Source: Pirellulales bacterium (GTDB lineage Bacteria > Planctomycetota > Planctomycetia > Pirellulales > JADZDJ01). From it: DNA of 64,000 bases. The stretch's first letter is position 1, and every line of letters begins with the position of its first letter. Position numbers and translations under genes: made by a program. Where the stretch lies: contig CAWGBP010000036.1 in the NCBI GenBank assembly GCA_963820835.1, forward strand, positions 32,046 through 96,045. Reading direction: 5' to 3'. Of the stretch, positions 1 through 9,538 are shown one piece after another. A model generated the notes under the pieces. The model did no database searches. It saw only the letters and a program-made list of their open reading frames with translations, and was not told where the DNA came from.

Positions 1-2
1 AG

Positions 3-539
3 CCGATCGGCAAAGCGCTCGCCGCGGCAAAAATTAAAAAACCTAACCCCCTCAATCCGGCGCACGCATGGGCGCTCCGAGGTGTAATGGGGCCATACAT
101 CGGTTGGATCATCGGCGAAAAGATCGGCGGCAAATCTCGCCCAGAAGTACCGACCGATATGCCTTCCAGCCTGCGGACGCACGTCGAATTTGCGACCGCT
201 TGGCTCCAGCGCTCGCCGCTGGTAATTGATGGCGTCATGCGGAAACATCAATTGGCTCTGGCCGATCGCCAGTGCCGCATGGCATACCTTTCACAGCAAT
301 TGCAAGATGCCGTCACGATGCTGTGCGTCAGCCTCTATGGCAGCCGCTCGGATGATGATGTTGTACGCGCCGCTGCCGACATACTCTGCCAAGATCTCAC
401 GCGCAAGCTAACTGGCAGCGCACCGGCCGACCGCTATTTTCGCGCGGTTGCCAAATTGGGTGAATCAATCGCCGGCGGCGGTTTCAAATCGATCGCTGGA
501 GTGCATCCCGATGAAATTCTGATGGCCTACCACCAGTGA
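3..539 (+). CDS. 3' part of a CDS entering from upstream of the window; acyl-CoA dehydrogenase-family C-terminal region (tentative)
   Basis: The frame is open from nt 3 with no stop upstream of the listed ATG at 87. Stop codon is at 537-539. The helical sequence ...KHQLALADRQCRMAYLSQQLQDAV... resembles C-terminal extensions of long acyl-CoA dehydrogenase-like proteins, from memory only. Confidence 0.45.
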   Translation, partial: PIGKALAAAKIKKPNPLNPAHAWALRGVMGPYIGWIIGEKIGGKSRPEVPTDMPSSLRTHVEFATAWLQRSPLVIDGVMRKHQLALADRQCRMAYLSQQLQDAVTMLCVSLYGSRSDDDVVRAAADILCQDLTRKLTGSAPADRYFRAVAKLGESIAGGGFKSIAGVHPDEILMAYHQ

Positions 540-616
540 AACCGCGTCCGCACTTTTAGTTCTTGCAGTGCACGACACGGACTCTGAATTCGTGCGCGTA
601 AATCGCTGTCGCTGGC

Positions 617-844
617 CTAGTCAAATTCGCGCGAGCGGCTCACCGTCGCCAACAGCTCGTCGGCGCGCTGCAACAATTCCAAACCGGAATCGTGCGGCGG
701 GTACTGTCGGCTCGCAGGATCGCAAGCATCGAATTCCGCCAAGCAATGCTGGCAGAGCATTCGCTTTCCCAAGTGCGCAACGCGAATTTGCAAACTTCGG
801 CCGCAGGTTGGGCATTCTTGTATGAAATACACGGGCTTCGACAT
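617..844 (-). CDS. small zinc-ribbon protein (75 aa)
   Basis: Internal ATG at 844 of ORF 617..1048 is preceded by AAGGAG 8 nt upstream (rc of ctccttct at 853-860). CPTC...CQHC forms a four-Cys ribbon. Confidence 0.7.
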   Translation of the reverse strand: MSKPVYFIQECPTCGRSLQIRVAHLGKRMLCQHCLAEFDACDPASRQYPPHDSGLELLQRADELLATVSRSREFD

Positions 845-1445
845 AGCGGTATCTCCTTCTACCGAATTGCCCGATGGCCACAACGGGACATTCATTTTAG
901 AATTGTGCGGTCGGCGATGCCAACTGGATTTCGATGCAATTCTCGAAAAATGTAATTCCGGCATAACTCTGCAATATTGCTTGCAATTATTGCTGCGGCG
1001 GCGTTTAAGCCGGCCCGGATACCTGCACGACAGCCCCCATTCCCCCAAGGTTCAGCCGTATTCGCAGAGGAGCCGACAGGCGGTGCATAAACCGTGCCGA
1101 AGGCCATGCGTGCCAAGCTGCAGATTGAGGCAGGCTTCGTCGGAGTTCCCCAACCCGTCCGCGACCGGCCGACGATGGCGAATTCAGATGCTACGCGTGT
1201 GACAGGCAAAAACCGTGCAGTTTTACACCTGCGACGAATTGGAAATGCACAATTCTCCGGAAGAGAATTGTCGGCGCGATGGCCATTCAGAGTCAGATTT
1301 GACGCACCCACAGCAGGCGGGCTCTTGGCTGCGATGCTGGCATGCCGCTCGATTTTTGACCAACCGTAGCGTTTAGCTGTCGAATTCTGCGCGACTTACA
1401 GATTGCTTTTTAAAAACAGATAGCGGCTGCTTTTGACAACACTAT

Positions 1446-2132
1446 TCAATTGATGCGGCGTATCGATTCGATCACGACCGGCTTCACCGGCAGGTTCTCA
1501 AATGGCGGCTGAGTTTTCACTTCCCCCTTCGCGATCGCGTCGACGACATCCAGGCCAGAAGCCACTTCGCCAAACACGCAGTAGCCGTATGTGCTGGCGT
1601 CCGACCCGGTGTGGTTCAAGGACGGATTGTCGGCAATGTTGATGAAAAATTGGCTCGTTGCGCTATCGATCACGTCGGATTGCCGCGCCATCGCAATCGT
1701 GCCACGCGCGTTCTTCAGGCCGTTATGGGCTTCGTTGCGAACCGGAAACTGCGTCGGCTTCAAATGCATTTGAGCATCGTAACCGCCGCCCAGCACAATG
1801 TAACCCGGGTAAACCTGATGAAATATTGTGCCGTTGTAATGGCCGTCGTCAACATATGCCAAAAAGTTATCGACCGTGAGCGGCGCTGCTTCGGCATCGA
1901 GCTTCAGCGTAAAATTGCCGGCCGAAGTGCGCACCTCAAGCTCTGGGTGCGCATTGAATTTAGGCTTTTCGAACTGGGCGCCCTCAGGCGTAATCGGGTA
2001 GCGTGCCCCGATTGCCGCGGTAGGCGTACTGGAATCGCGAGCGCCGCAGCCAACGGCAACGGTCAGGAAAAATATCGAAATAAGTCTCGCACTTCCGGAA
2101 AATTCGCTGCCATGCGCAAAGTGCATTGCCAA
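1446..2132 (-). CDS. cyclophilin-type peptidyl-prolyl cis-trans isomerase, exported (possible lipoprotein)
   Basis: Cyclophilin motifs are present: FHQVYPGYIVLGGGYD, GTIAMARQSD, SQFFINIADNPSLNH, YCVFGEV. N-terminal hydrophobic segment ends in AVGC. The start is either TTG at 2132 (GGAGG 7 nt upstream) or ATG at 2126. Confidence 0.9.
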   Translation of the reverse strand: MAMHFAHGSEFSGSARLISIFFLTVAVGCGARDSSTPTAAIGARYPITPEGAQFEKPKFNAHPELEVRTSAGNFTLKLDAEAAPLTVDNFLAYVDDGHYNGTIFHQVYPGYIVLGGGYDAQMHLKPTQFPVRNEAHNGLKNARGTIAMARQSDVIDSATSQFFINIADNPSLNHTGSDASTYGYCVFGEVASGLDVVDAIAKGEVKTQPPFENLPVKPVVIESIRRIN

Positions 2133-2422
2133 ACGGTGCCTCCATGCTTCAACCGCAGCGCCCTTGGCTAGCTCGTGCAGAGTCGCCAGCGCGCTGCCTG
2201 CGCAACCGTGCTCAGCGGTTGCTCGTGATCGACCTCATGTCGAGATATGCGGGGGCGATATGATCGTCAGAATCGATTTTTCGTGCAACGGCGATTTCGA
2301 AAAGCCCCCATACCATTCAATCGACTCGTTGCCTCGCACTTCTCCCGGTATTCTTGCGGCCGCGGCTACAGGCGGCATCACTTACCGCAGGTTGCTTGTG
2401 AAAACCCGCGCCCCAATAAAAA

Positions 2423-2486
2423 ACGGCTCTCCTCGCAAGGACTGGGGCAGGAAGTCCAATAGCACGAAGGAGAGCCGTCGTTTTCG
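2423..2486. terminator. long hairpin flanked by an A-run and a T-run (possible bidirectional intrinsic terminator or small structured RNA)
   Basis: An 11-bp perfect stem joins ACGGCTCTCCT (2423-2433) and AGGAGAGCCGT (2468-2478). The loop holds a nested GGACT/AGTCC hairpin. It is preceded by AATAAAAAA and followed by CGTTTTCG. On the minus strand it lies ~245 nt downstream of the flp stop. Confidence 0.4.
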
Positions 2487-2723
2487 ATCGATAGCAGAAG
2501 CTGTCGGCCGTCTCCCCCATAGGGGGCGAATGACGGTTATGTACTAACATCGGCCAAGCGACGGCGCTGGATGAATTTAATCTACCACCTACAAACTGCA
2601 GTATTTTGCTGCAATGCTTGCGCAGTAGCGAAATTATACGAGTGAATAAGCACAAGCCTAAGTGGAACTTAGCGGTCGTGATCTGATCTCTGATTATTTG
2701 AATTCGAGCTTTTTGGTCGCTGG

Positions 2724-2900
2724 CTAGCTGCCGGTAATGCTATTTATTTGAGCGGCCGAACTGGCAAAGCTTGCCCCAGTTTGCTGCCCAACCAACGCCA
2801 CACCCGAAATGCAGGCCACACAAATCAGCGCCAAAATGACAGCATATTCCACGGCGGTGGCTGCGTCTTCGCTGCGCAAAAATTGCATCAGCCGCTTCAT
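2724..2900 (-). CDS. flp: Flp/Fap family type IVb pilin (58 aa)
   Basis: MKRLMQFLRSEDAATAVEYAVILALICVA... matches the Flp prepilin signature (G/A-x-T-A-x-E-Y followed by a hydrophobic helix). I take the start as the ATG at 2900 inside ORF 2724..2987. Confidence 0.85.
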   Translation of the reverse strand: MKRLMQFLRSEDAATAVEYAVILALICVACISGVALVGQQTGASFASSAAQINSITGS

Positions 2901-3124
2901 AGATGCTTGCTCGATAAAAGCCAGAAAAGTCAGAAAGAACTGGGCCCTGAGAAAAGACACCGCACAGGCCGCAACCTTTCTAATCAAACCCTACTTCATA
3001 TCTGTGCAAAAGCAACGGCGATCGCATGTCCAGGACGAACTGTCGGAATAATCGGCAATTTCATTAGCAATGCGCGCTGGACGACTCCATTTTGAAAGCT
3101 GAATGGCTGCGGTGCGCATCGAAG

Positions 3125-3198
3125 TAGCGGCGACTGGACTCGAACCAGTGACACACGGCTTATGAAGCCGTTGCTCTAACCAACTGAGCTACGCCGCC
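3125..3198 (-). tRNA. tRNA with CAU anticodon (Met; an Ile2/lysidine tRNA cannot be excluded)
   Basis: The reverse complement reads GGCGGCG-TA-GCTCAGTTGGTTAGAGC-A-ACGGC-TTCATAA-GCCGT-GTGTC-ACTGG-TTCGAGT-CCAGT-CGCCGCT-A. This folds as a full cloverleaf with a G1:U72 wobble. No CCA is encoded. Confidence 0.9.
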
Positions 3199-3258
3199 AG
3201 AACGGTTTAGTAGTATACCGCCGCGCTTACGGCCTGGAAATGCACAAGAGCGACTCCG

Positions 3259-4149
3259 CTACTTCGTTTCAGGTTTTGCCTCGTCGTAAATCTTGATTCG
3301 CGGGTTTTTGAATTCCACCAGCATCGGCTGGCCGGCGTGAATTTGGAAACCGATCAGGCCGCTTTTGAGCGCCCCCTTGGGATCGTTATCCACTGCGTCG
3401 ATCGTTTGGATGCCATTGATAAAGTGCTGTAAGTGATTGCCGCGGGCAATGATCACGTAATCGTTCCAATCCGATTTGTGCAGCGTATCTCCAATGGCTG
3501 TGCGGTCGCCGACTGAGCCGACCACGTGCGACAAACCGTCAGGATCGATTTCCACTTTGTCGCCGACGATCGCCAAATAGAGCGGCGTTCCCTTGTCCTC
3601 GCGATGCCGCTCGCTGGGGCCCTTTTCGTGGTAGAGGAACCCGTCCTTCCCAGGAACGTTCGCAATTTCGGCCTGGTAGCCGCTCATTACCCAGTTGTTC
3701 GTGGCACGCTTGTCACTGGATGGCAGCACTTTGCTACGGTACTGCACGCCGCTATTTCCCAGGCCGGTTTTGTCAGGATCGAGCCGGAATGAGAGCCGCA
3801 AATCGAAATCGCCTGGCTCAGCGCCCTTCCAAACCAGAAATGTGTTGCCTTTCGTGGAGTTCTCTTTCGTTGTTTCGCCGCGAATGAGACCATCTTTCGC
3901 TGACCAGAGGCGCGGGTCGCCGTCCCAGCCTTCCAGCGTCTTGCCATCGAACGTGGGCTTCATATCTTTCGGTTCGGGCGGGGCGGTGGGCTTAGGCGTC
4001 TCGGGCGGCGCGGCCTTGGTTGCATCGCCCGCATTGGTGGCGGCTTTATCTTTGCTCCCTGTATCGGCGGCAGTGCCAACTCGGCAAACAAGCGTACCGA
4101 GAAGGGATATTGAAAGTGAAATTCCGAGCATTAAACGCCAGTTACGCAT
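3259..4149 (-). CDS. DUF1080 (3-keto-disaccharide hydrolase-like) domain protein, secreted
   Basis: Signal peptide MRNWRLMLGISLSISLLGTLV. DUF1080 hallmarks are present: FDGKTLEGWDG, LWSAKDGLIRG, NTFLVWKG, DFDLRLSFRL, NSGVQYRS, IGFQIHAGQPMLVEFKNPRIK. Confidence 0.85.
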   Translation of the reverse strand: MRNWRLMLGISLSISLLGTLVCRVGTAADTGSKDKAATNAGDATKAAPPETPKPTAPPEPKDMKPTFDGKTLEGWDGDPRLWSAKDGLIRGETTKENSTKGNTFLVWKGAEPGDFDLRLSFRLDPDKTGLGNSGVQYRSKVLPSSDKRATNNWVMSGYQAEIANVPGKDGFLYHEKGPSERHREDKGTPLYLAIVGDKVEIDPDGLSHVVGSVGDRTAIGDTLHKSDWNDYVIIARGNHLQHFINGIQTIDAVDNDPKGALKSGLIGFQIHAGQPMLVEFKNPRIKIYDEAKPETK

Positions 4150-4416
4150 TGCAGCCGCTCCTTTAGAACTTGATCCGAGTCGTTGAATTGATCGTTTCGG
4201 TCCCCTAAAGGGTCAATTGTAAGAGCCGGTAATCGAGACGCAAGCAGCGTGCAGCAACTCGCCGTCGTCGTCTCGTGCAATCCTTGGAATCTGCTGCGAA
4301 ATAAGCCCAACCGAACCAAAATTCGTATGGCGTTGTCTTGGCCGCCAGCACGGCGTCGATTAAGTGCCGATGTTGCACTGGTCGCATTTTCCCTCGTGCT
4401 GCGAGGAGCCATTGCC

Positions 4417-5142
4417 ATGGAAACGCTAGTGAACGATTTAGGCCAGCCGGTTGGCTTTTTGGTGCAAGACTGGCAGGCCCTTGCGAGTCCGCCGCAGGAA
4501 CCAATCGACGGCCGGTATTGCCGGCTAGAGCCGCTCGAACCCAAGCGGCATGCGGCCGACTTGTTCGCCGCCGACTCGGCCGATCGAGATGGCCGAAGTT
4601 GGACATATCTTTCGTACGGTCCATTTGGCACGCTGGCGGAATATCTTGGATGGATACAGGCGACTTGCCTGGGTGTCGACCCGATGTTCTTCGCCATTGT
4701 TGATGCAACCGACGGGCTAGCAGCAGGCGTGGCGAGCTATCTGAATATCAAACCGGCCCAAGGTTCGATTGAGGTCGGACACTTGCATTTTTCTCCTCGC
4801 TTGATGCGTCGGCCAGCAGCCACAGAGGCAATGTATCTAATGATGGAGCGGGCATTCGAGCTTGGTTTTCGCCGATACGAATGGAAATGCCACGCTTTGA
4901 ATGCGGCATCGCGCGCGGCGGCTCAACGATCGGGGCTTTCGTTCGAGGGAATTTTTCGCCAGGCAGGTGTAGCCAAAGGCCGCAACCGCGACACTGCCTG
5001 GTATGCCGCAATTGATTCCGAATGGCCGCGCCTGCGCGAAGCATTTCAAGCATGGTTGAACCCGAGCAACTTTGATTCGTACCGCCGACAACGGACGCGA
5101 TTGTCAGATCTGACGCAACCCATTTTAAAATGCGTGGGATGA
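4417..5142 (+). CDS. GNAT family N-acetyltransferase (RimJ/RimL-like)
   Basis: ATG at 4417 with GAGGAG 8 nt upstream. The C-terminal half carries GNAT motifs: HFSPRLMRRPAATEAMYLMMERAFELGFRRYEWKCHALNAASRAAAQRSGLSFEG. Confidence 0.8.
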   Translation: METLVNDLGQPVGFLVQDWQALASPPQEPIDGRYCRLEPLEPKRHAADLFAADSADRDGRSWTYLSYGPFGTLAEYLGWIQATCLGVDPMFFAIVDATDGLAAGVASYLNIKPAQGSIEVGHLHFSPRLMRRPAATEAMYLMMERAFELGFRRYEWKCHALNAASRAAAQRSGLSFEGIFRQAGVAKGRNRDTAWYAAIDSEWPRLREAFQAWLNPSNFDSYRRQRTRLSDLTQPILKCVG

Positions 5143-5147
5143 TGAAA

Positions 5148-5737
5148 TCAGGTTTGGGAAACCATCGCTGTCGCCGTGTGGCAGTGCGAGTCGATGATCA
5201 ATCGGGCGACGCGCCGGCCGACGTCGATTGTATCTTTGCATCCGCTGACATGCCGTGTGACGTAGACTCCTTCCATCAACAGGCAAAGTTCGCGCGCAGC
5301 GCCCTGGGGTCGCTTGCGCCGGCATCGACGGCCAGCTCGTAAACGAATTGCTCAATTGCTTGCTTGCTCTCGACTGCCAGGATGTGCGCGGGCTCGTGCG
5401 GCAACGGAAATTCCATCGCGACATTTACAAAGAAGCAGCCTTTGAAGCCTTCACTCTCCATCAGAAATTCGACAACGTCGAAAGCGGCTTGCAGTCTTTC
5501 GACCGGCGTTGCGCCGCGCTCGTTGACCATGCTGCGAAACGTCTCTTGCAGCCAGTCGTTTTGCATTTCCATGGCGGCCAGCATCAGATCTTCCTTGCTG
5601 GCGAAGTGCTTGTAGAACGCGGTTTTGCTAATGCCGACGTCGGCGATGATCTGATCGAGACCGACGTTGCGGAATCCATCGTGGTAGAAGCGCTTGAACG
5701 CTGCTTCCACAAGGCGCGTGCGAGTTGCTGCTGGCAT
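5148..5737 (-). CDS. TetR/AcrR family transcriptional regulator, reading frame broken by a 1-nt indel near 5302-5304
   Basis: N-terminal HTH is RLVEAAFKRFYHDGFRNVGLDQIIADVGISKTAFYKHFASKEDL. The listed ORF stops at 5276 after ...DPRALRANFAC. A shifted frame continues with a typical TetR C-terminus (AARELCLLMEGVYVTRHVSG...) to the stop at 5148. The junction lies at a CCC/GGG run. Confidence 0.8.
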
Positions 5738-5907
5738 GGTGATTTCTCGGGCAATTTGGCGGGTTGACTACAAGTCAACCGGTCAGTGTACCACAAGTCA
5801 ACTGGCGGCAGATGCCAACCACACAATAATACCCGCGAGACAAGACGAACTCTGGGCTCGGCGGCTTTGTCCTTTAACAACAAATTTATATTGCGAGGAG
5901 TTTTGAC

Positions 5908-6690
5908 ATGAAACGCTGGATCTTTTTTGTCTATGGCGTCGGGGCTCATCTGCTGTTCTTGGCGATCTACGCCTACATGGCCGCGTTCGTGGGCGACTTT
6001 TTGGTGCTTAAGACGATCGATTCCACGCCGACTGGCCCGGTCGGTATCGCGGTGGCGATTGATCTGGTGCTGCTTGCGCTGTTTGCCGTGCAACATTCGG
6101 TCATGGCGCGGCCGGCGTTCAAGCGCATCTGGACCAGAATTGTGCCCACGCCGATTGAACGCAGCACGTACGTCGTGTTCTCGTGCGCCGTGCTGGCGTT
6201 GTTCATGTGGCAGTGGTGCGCTATTGATGTGACTGTGTGGGATGTTCAAAACCCGGCTGCCCGCGCTGCGGTGTGGGGGCTGTTTGTCGTCGGTTGGTTG
6301 TTGGTACCGGCGGTGAGCTTCATGATCGATCATTTCGATTTGTTTGGCACGCGGCAGGTATGGCTGCATTTGCGGAAGCGCGAATACGAATCGCTGCCGT
6401 TTCGAGTGCCGTCGTTTTACAAGCGCGTGCGGCATCCGCTGTACATCGGCTGGACGATCGCCTTCTGGGCGATTCCCACTATGACATTTGGACATTTGCT
6501 GTTTGCTGGCGTGCTGACAATTTATATGTTGTTGGCGGCGACGGTCGAGGAGCGGGATTTGGTGGCACATTTTGGCGGCCAGTATGAAGACTACCGGCGG
6601 CAAGTGCCAATGTTCGTGCCTCGGCTGCGGCCGGGCTTCGTCGACGGAACGCCGGTTGAACGGGAGAAAGTGCTGGCCGACGAGTGGTGA
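5908..6690 (+). CDS. polytopic membrane SAM-dependent methyltransferase of the ICMT/PEMT superfamily (MddA-like)
   Basis: Multiple TM helices. Motifs VQHSVMARPAFK, FYKRVRHPLYIGW and EERDLVAHFGGQYEDYRRQVPMFVP are typical of this membrane methyltransferase family. It is divergent from the TetR gene. Confidence 0.65.
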   Translation: MKRWIFFVYGVGAHLLFLAIYAYMAAFVGDFLVLKTIDSTPTGPVGIAVAIDLVLLALFAVQHSVMARPAFKRIWTRIVPTPIERSTYVVFSCAVLALFMWQWCAIDVTVWDVQNPAARAAVWGLFVVGWLLVPAVSFMIDHFDLFGTRQVWLHLRKREYESLPFRVPSFYKRVRHPLYIGWTIAFWAIPTMTFGHLLFAGVLTIYMLLAATVEERDLVAHFGGQYEDYRRQVPMFVPRLRPGFVDGTPVEREKVLADEW

Positions 6691-7229
6691 GCGGGGCGAG
6701 ACGACGATAAACGATGAATGATGAATGTTGAACGGATGCCAAAAGCAGAGAGCGGAAGGCAGGCGTTGGGCACGCGCGTTTTTTTCTTGCACGTGAAGAG
6801 GGCGAAAGCGCCGGGGAAGTGTGCGTGTAAAACTCTCGGGAAAAGCGCTGGTTTTGGGCCAAACATTTTCCCATCATTTACCCACGTGTTGTTTGAAATG
6901 AACCTTTGCGGTTCAAATTTCGGCAAGATGTGCGGTAGGATTTGCATGATTTGTGGTTGCCAATTGGTATTGGTTGATGGGGTAAGTCGAGTCTGACGCT
7001 GGGATGTCAAGTGTTCTGGTTGGCAGATTAAAAATTATTTTCGGGTACGGCCGCGCAGGTTAGTGGCCGTATATTCCTGCCACGCATGGCCGCTACTAAC
7101 TAATGAACATCAGTATAGTATACTCGCGGCCGAAAAATCAAGAGGGAAATTGGCCGCTATCTGTAAGTATCGGCCAAGTGGTACGGAGTGCGCGGGGTAC
7201 TCGGCTTTATTCGGCACATGCAGCAAGGA

Positions 7230-7832
7230 TTACTTTATGATCGTAATCTTCACCACATTCGAACGAAACAGTTCAGCATGGTCGAAATGCTTGCTGAATT
7301 CGTTCTCACGGTCTTGTAATTCTTTTTCATCATGGGTTGTGGTGACTGTTGGTTCTTGAGCGAGGAAGGCTTTGCAGTAGACCAATTGCAGATAATAGTC
7401 GCCCGGCGGATGCCCCTGGAGGATCACTTTGAGCGATGAGCCGACATTGCACAAAGATGGAATGTAAGTCCAGTCGAAAGCGGAAACCCGCCTGTGAGAG
7501 CCGTTCTGACGATCGATGAGGAGGTCGCCGAGGCACTTCTTGTCGGTATCGTACAGGACCAACTGAGCTGGCAACGGCACAAGGCTATTGAAAAATGGGT
7601 TATAAAAATTTTGGCCGCCGCTGGTGTTGAAGAACCGGACTTCTAGAGTCAATGGTTTGGCGCTTTCAACCGTTGTCTCGGCTACTTCTAAGATGCAATG
7701 GCCGCGAGACGACCCGGAGTCCAAGTCGTGCTTTTCCGCAAAAGACACCGAATCGTCGGCAAACGCGGCAATCGTAGTAAAGATGGATATGGCAACCAAA
7801 GCGATTAACGAGGGAAATTGAAAGCGAATCAT
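7230..7832 (-). CDS. hypothetical secreted protein
   Basis: ATG at 7832 with AAGGAG upstream. Signal peptide MIRFQFPSLIALVAISIFTTIAAFA. I recognise no family. Confidence 0.6.
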   Translation of the reverse strand: MIRFQFPSLIALVAISIFTTIAAFADDSVSFAEKHDLDSGSSRGHCILEVAETTVESAKPLTLEVRFFNTSGGQNFYNPFFNSLVPLPAQLVLYDTDKKCLGDLLIDRQNGSHRRVSAFDWTYIPSLCNVGSSLKVILQGHPPGDYYLQLVYCKAFLAQEPTVTTTHDEKELQDRENEFSKHFDHAELFRSNVVKITIIK

Positions 7833-8131
7833 CGATTGATCTCCTTTGCCGAACCGGATTGCAGGTATTCCTTGGTTCATATTATGGACGCGATGGCGTC
7901 GAAAGGTGTCGCTGAATTGCAACTAATTGTTGACGACGAAACCGCCAATTAGGCGTAGATGCCGCTTCATGCGCTCCGAATGTGCCAACCGGCCGCTGCC
8001 GCAATCGCCAGATTGGCTTTGCGCAGGATGTTAGAGGCGAGCTGGATTAACTTGGTGATCAAGCGGCGGCTTTGGCTGTATGCCCTTCTAAATGTCGCAT
8101 TGATTTTAATTCTGCTCTTAATGCCTGCAAC

Positions 8132-8335
8132 CTAATTCGTAAGCGCTTGTTGAATCGCGGGATCGTTTTTTGCGTGTTCGTGAAACGAGTTGCTTTGCGC
8201 ATTATGCAGTTCAACGTCTGTCTTCAATTGTGTCCATTTCGTTTCCAAGTTTCGATGGTCAATCCACCAACCGATAACGAGTGCAACGATTGCCGTCACG
8301 AACACCAATTCACGAATAGTGAATCTGAACTTCAT
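8132..8335 (-). CDS. small single-pass membrane protein with a pilin-like N-terminus (67 aa)
   Basis: MKFR-FTIRELVFVTAIVALVIGWW has Phe(+1) and Glu(+5) spaced as in type IV prepilins, but Arg replaces Gly at -1. ATG is at 8335. Confidence 0.5.
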   Translation of the reverse strand: MKFRFTIRELVFVTAIVALVIGWWIDHRNLETKWTQLKTDVELHNAQSNSFHEHAKNDPAIQQALTN

Positions 8336-8412
8336 GGCTCGTTCCTTTCTGCTGTCGCCGGCGAATTGATTGTAACATAGGCATCGGATTTCTGGCGGCC
8401 GATTACGGAAGA

Positions 8413-9387
8413 TCAATCTTTTTTGCGATCCGTCTTTTCCTGACCAATGATTCTTTCCATTTTCGGCAACATGCCACGAACGTCGATGACGTGCATTCCA
8501 GCCGGCGCGTTAAATCCTTCAACGTCAAAATTGGATTTCGGGATCACGGTATTAACTGATTCCCATTCAAACTTTACCGTAATCGTCGTAACCTCTCTGC
8601 CCTTTTGTTGTATCCGGTCATTTGAAGTCCAAACAGTCGGTACCCACACATTGTTCTTTTGTGTCCATTCGCACGTCGAATCATCAAGCGACACCCACTC
8701 CATCTCATTACCACGCGGTCTTTGATCCTCGAATCTGTGCTTAACGGGAACAAAATCCCGCTTCGAATCGAGCGTCGCAAAGTAGCGGACATCGGCAACT
8801 GAGTTTCGGGGACGAAATTGCCACGAGATTACATAGTCGTCGCCCTCACGACCCGATAACACGAAATCCTTTTTGCGGGCCTGCGTCAACCATTGCTCCC
8901 AAGTAAAATACGTTTCCAAAACCCCTTGATTGGCGATGCCGGCTAGACGCGGATCGATCACGTCTGCGTTTAGCGACACTTCAGTTAAAGTCGGCATTCG
9001 GGTGATCGACTTTGCGTACTCGCCGTATAACAAGACGTAGTCCGGCGTGCGTATGAAACGAAGCGGCTGGTTGTTGCCGTCTGTCTGTGCCGGACGAAGT
9101 CTATCAAATCGAAATGAATCCGCCTTATGGTCGAACATATAGTAGCCCGACTCCACGCTAGGCTCGGTCTCTTTTCCGTCCGTACTAACGACGGTGATTT
9201 CCGCGAAGCGAAACACGCCCGTTTGCAACGCCTTGCGTCCAGCCAGAAAGCCGTCGAACGCGATTTGAGCAGGGTTGTGCTGAGTTGAATCGCTCGTTGT
9301 GTCTTCAGCCCCGCTTGAACGCTGCACCGCAGCAAGCAGAATTGCGGTCACACTCAGCGCGATCCAGCGACGATGTGAGCATGACAT
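8413..9387 (-). CDS. hypothetical secreted protein
   Basis: ATG at 9387 preceded by GAGGAGG. Signal peptide MSCSHRRWIALSVTAILLAAVQRSSGA. Its stop lies 78 nt upstream of the 8335 start on the same strand. Confidence 0.6.
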   Translation of the reverse strand: MSCSHRRWIALSVTAILLAAVQRSSGAEDTTSDSTQHNPAQIAFDGFLAGRKALQTGVFRFAEITVVSTDGKETEPSVESGYYMFDHKADSFRFDRLRPAQTDGNNQPLRFIRTPDYVLLYGEYAKSITRMPTLTEVSLNADVIDPRLAGIANQGVLETYFTWEQWLTQARKKDFVLSGREGDDYVISWQFRPRNSVADVRYFATLDSKRDFVPVKHRFEDQRPRGNEMEWVSLDDSTCEWTQKNNVWVPTVWTSNDRIQQKGREVTTITVKFEWESVNTVIPKSNFDVEGFNAPAGMHVIDVRGMLPKMERIIGQEKTDRKKD

Positions 9388-9538
9388 TGGCCTCCTCAGG
9401 AAATGTGCGCGATAGAAAAGACGCGGGCCGGGGGGGCGGTTCCAGGGGCCCTCCAAGCTCCCCGGTAGCCTACCCCATCTGAGCTACCACAACAATTGCC
9501 GCTGGCCAACACTGTCCCACTCTGGGCGTGCCGAAGTA

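Noticed and set aside
845-1445. 600-bp gene-free region checked for RNase P RNA, tmRNA, SRP RNA or a frameshifted gene
   Set aside because: I could not find the conserved cores on either strand: GGAAAGUCCGG of RNase P, a tRNA-like T-arm plus tag ORF ending in Ala-Ala-stop, or the SRP domain IV GGAA loop. The listed ORFs look non-coding. The region remains unexplained rather than annotated.
6701-6727. About 24-nt similarity (ACNACGATAAANGATGAATGAT) between 6701-6727 and 36053-36079, each at or just after a plus-strand stop codon
   Set aside because: There are only two copies, it is short, AT-rich and internally repetitive (GATGAAT), and it has several mismatches. My rough estimate is that one such match could occur by chance in a window of this size.
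5584-6792. 402-aa ORF antisense to the membrane methyltransferase gene
   Set aside because: Its His/Arg/Gln-rich, non-protein-like sequence lies opposite a gene with clear family motifs and TM helices. It is a GC-driven spurious ORF.
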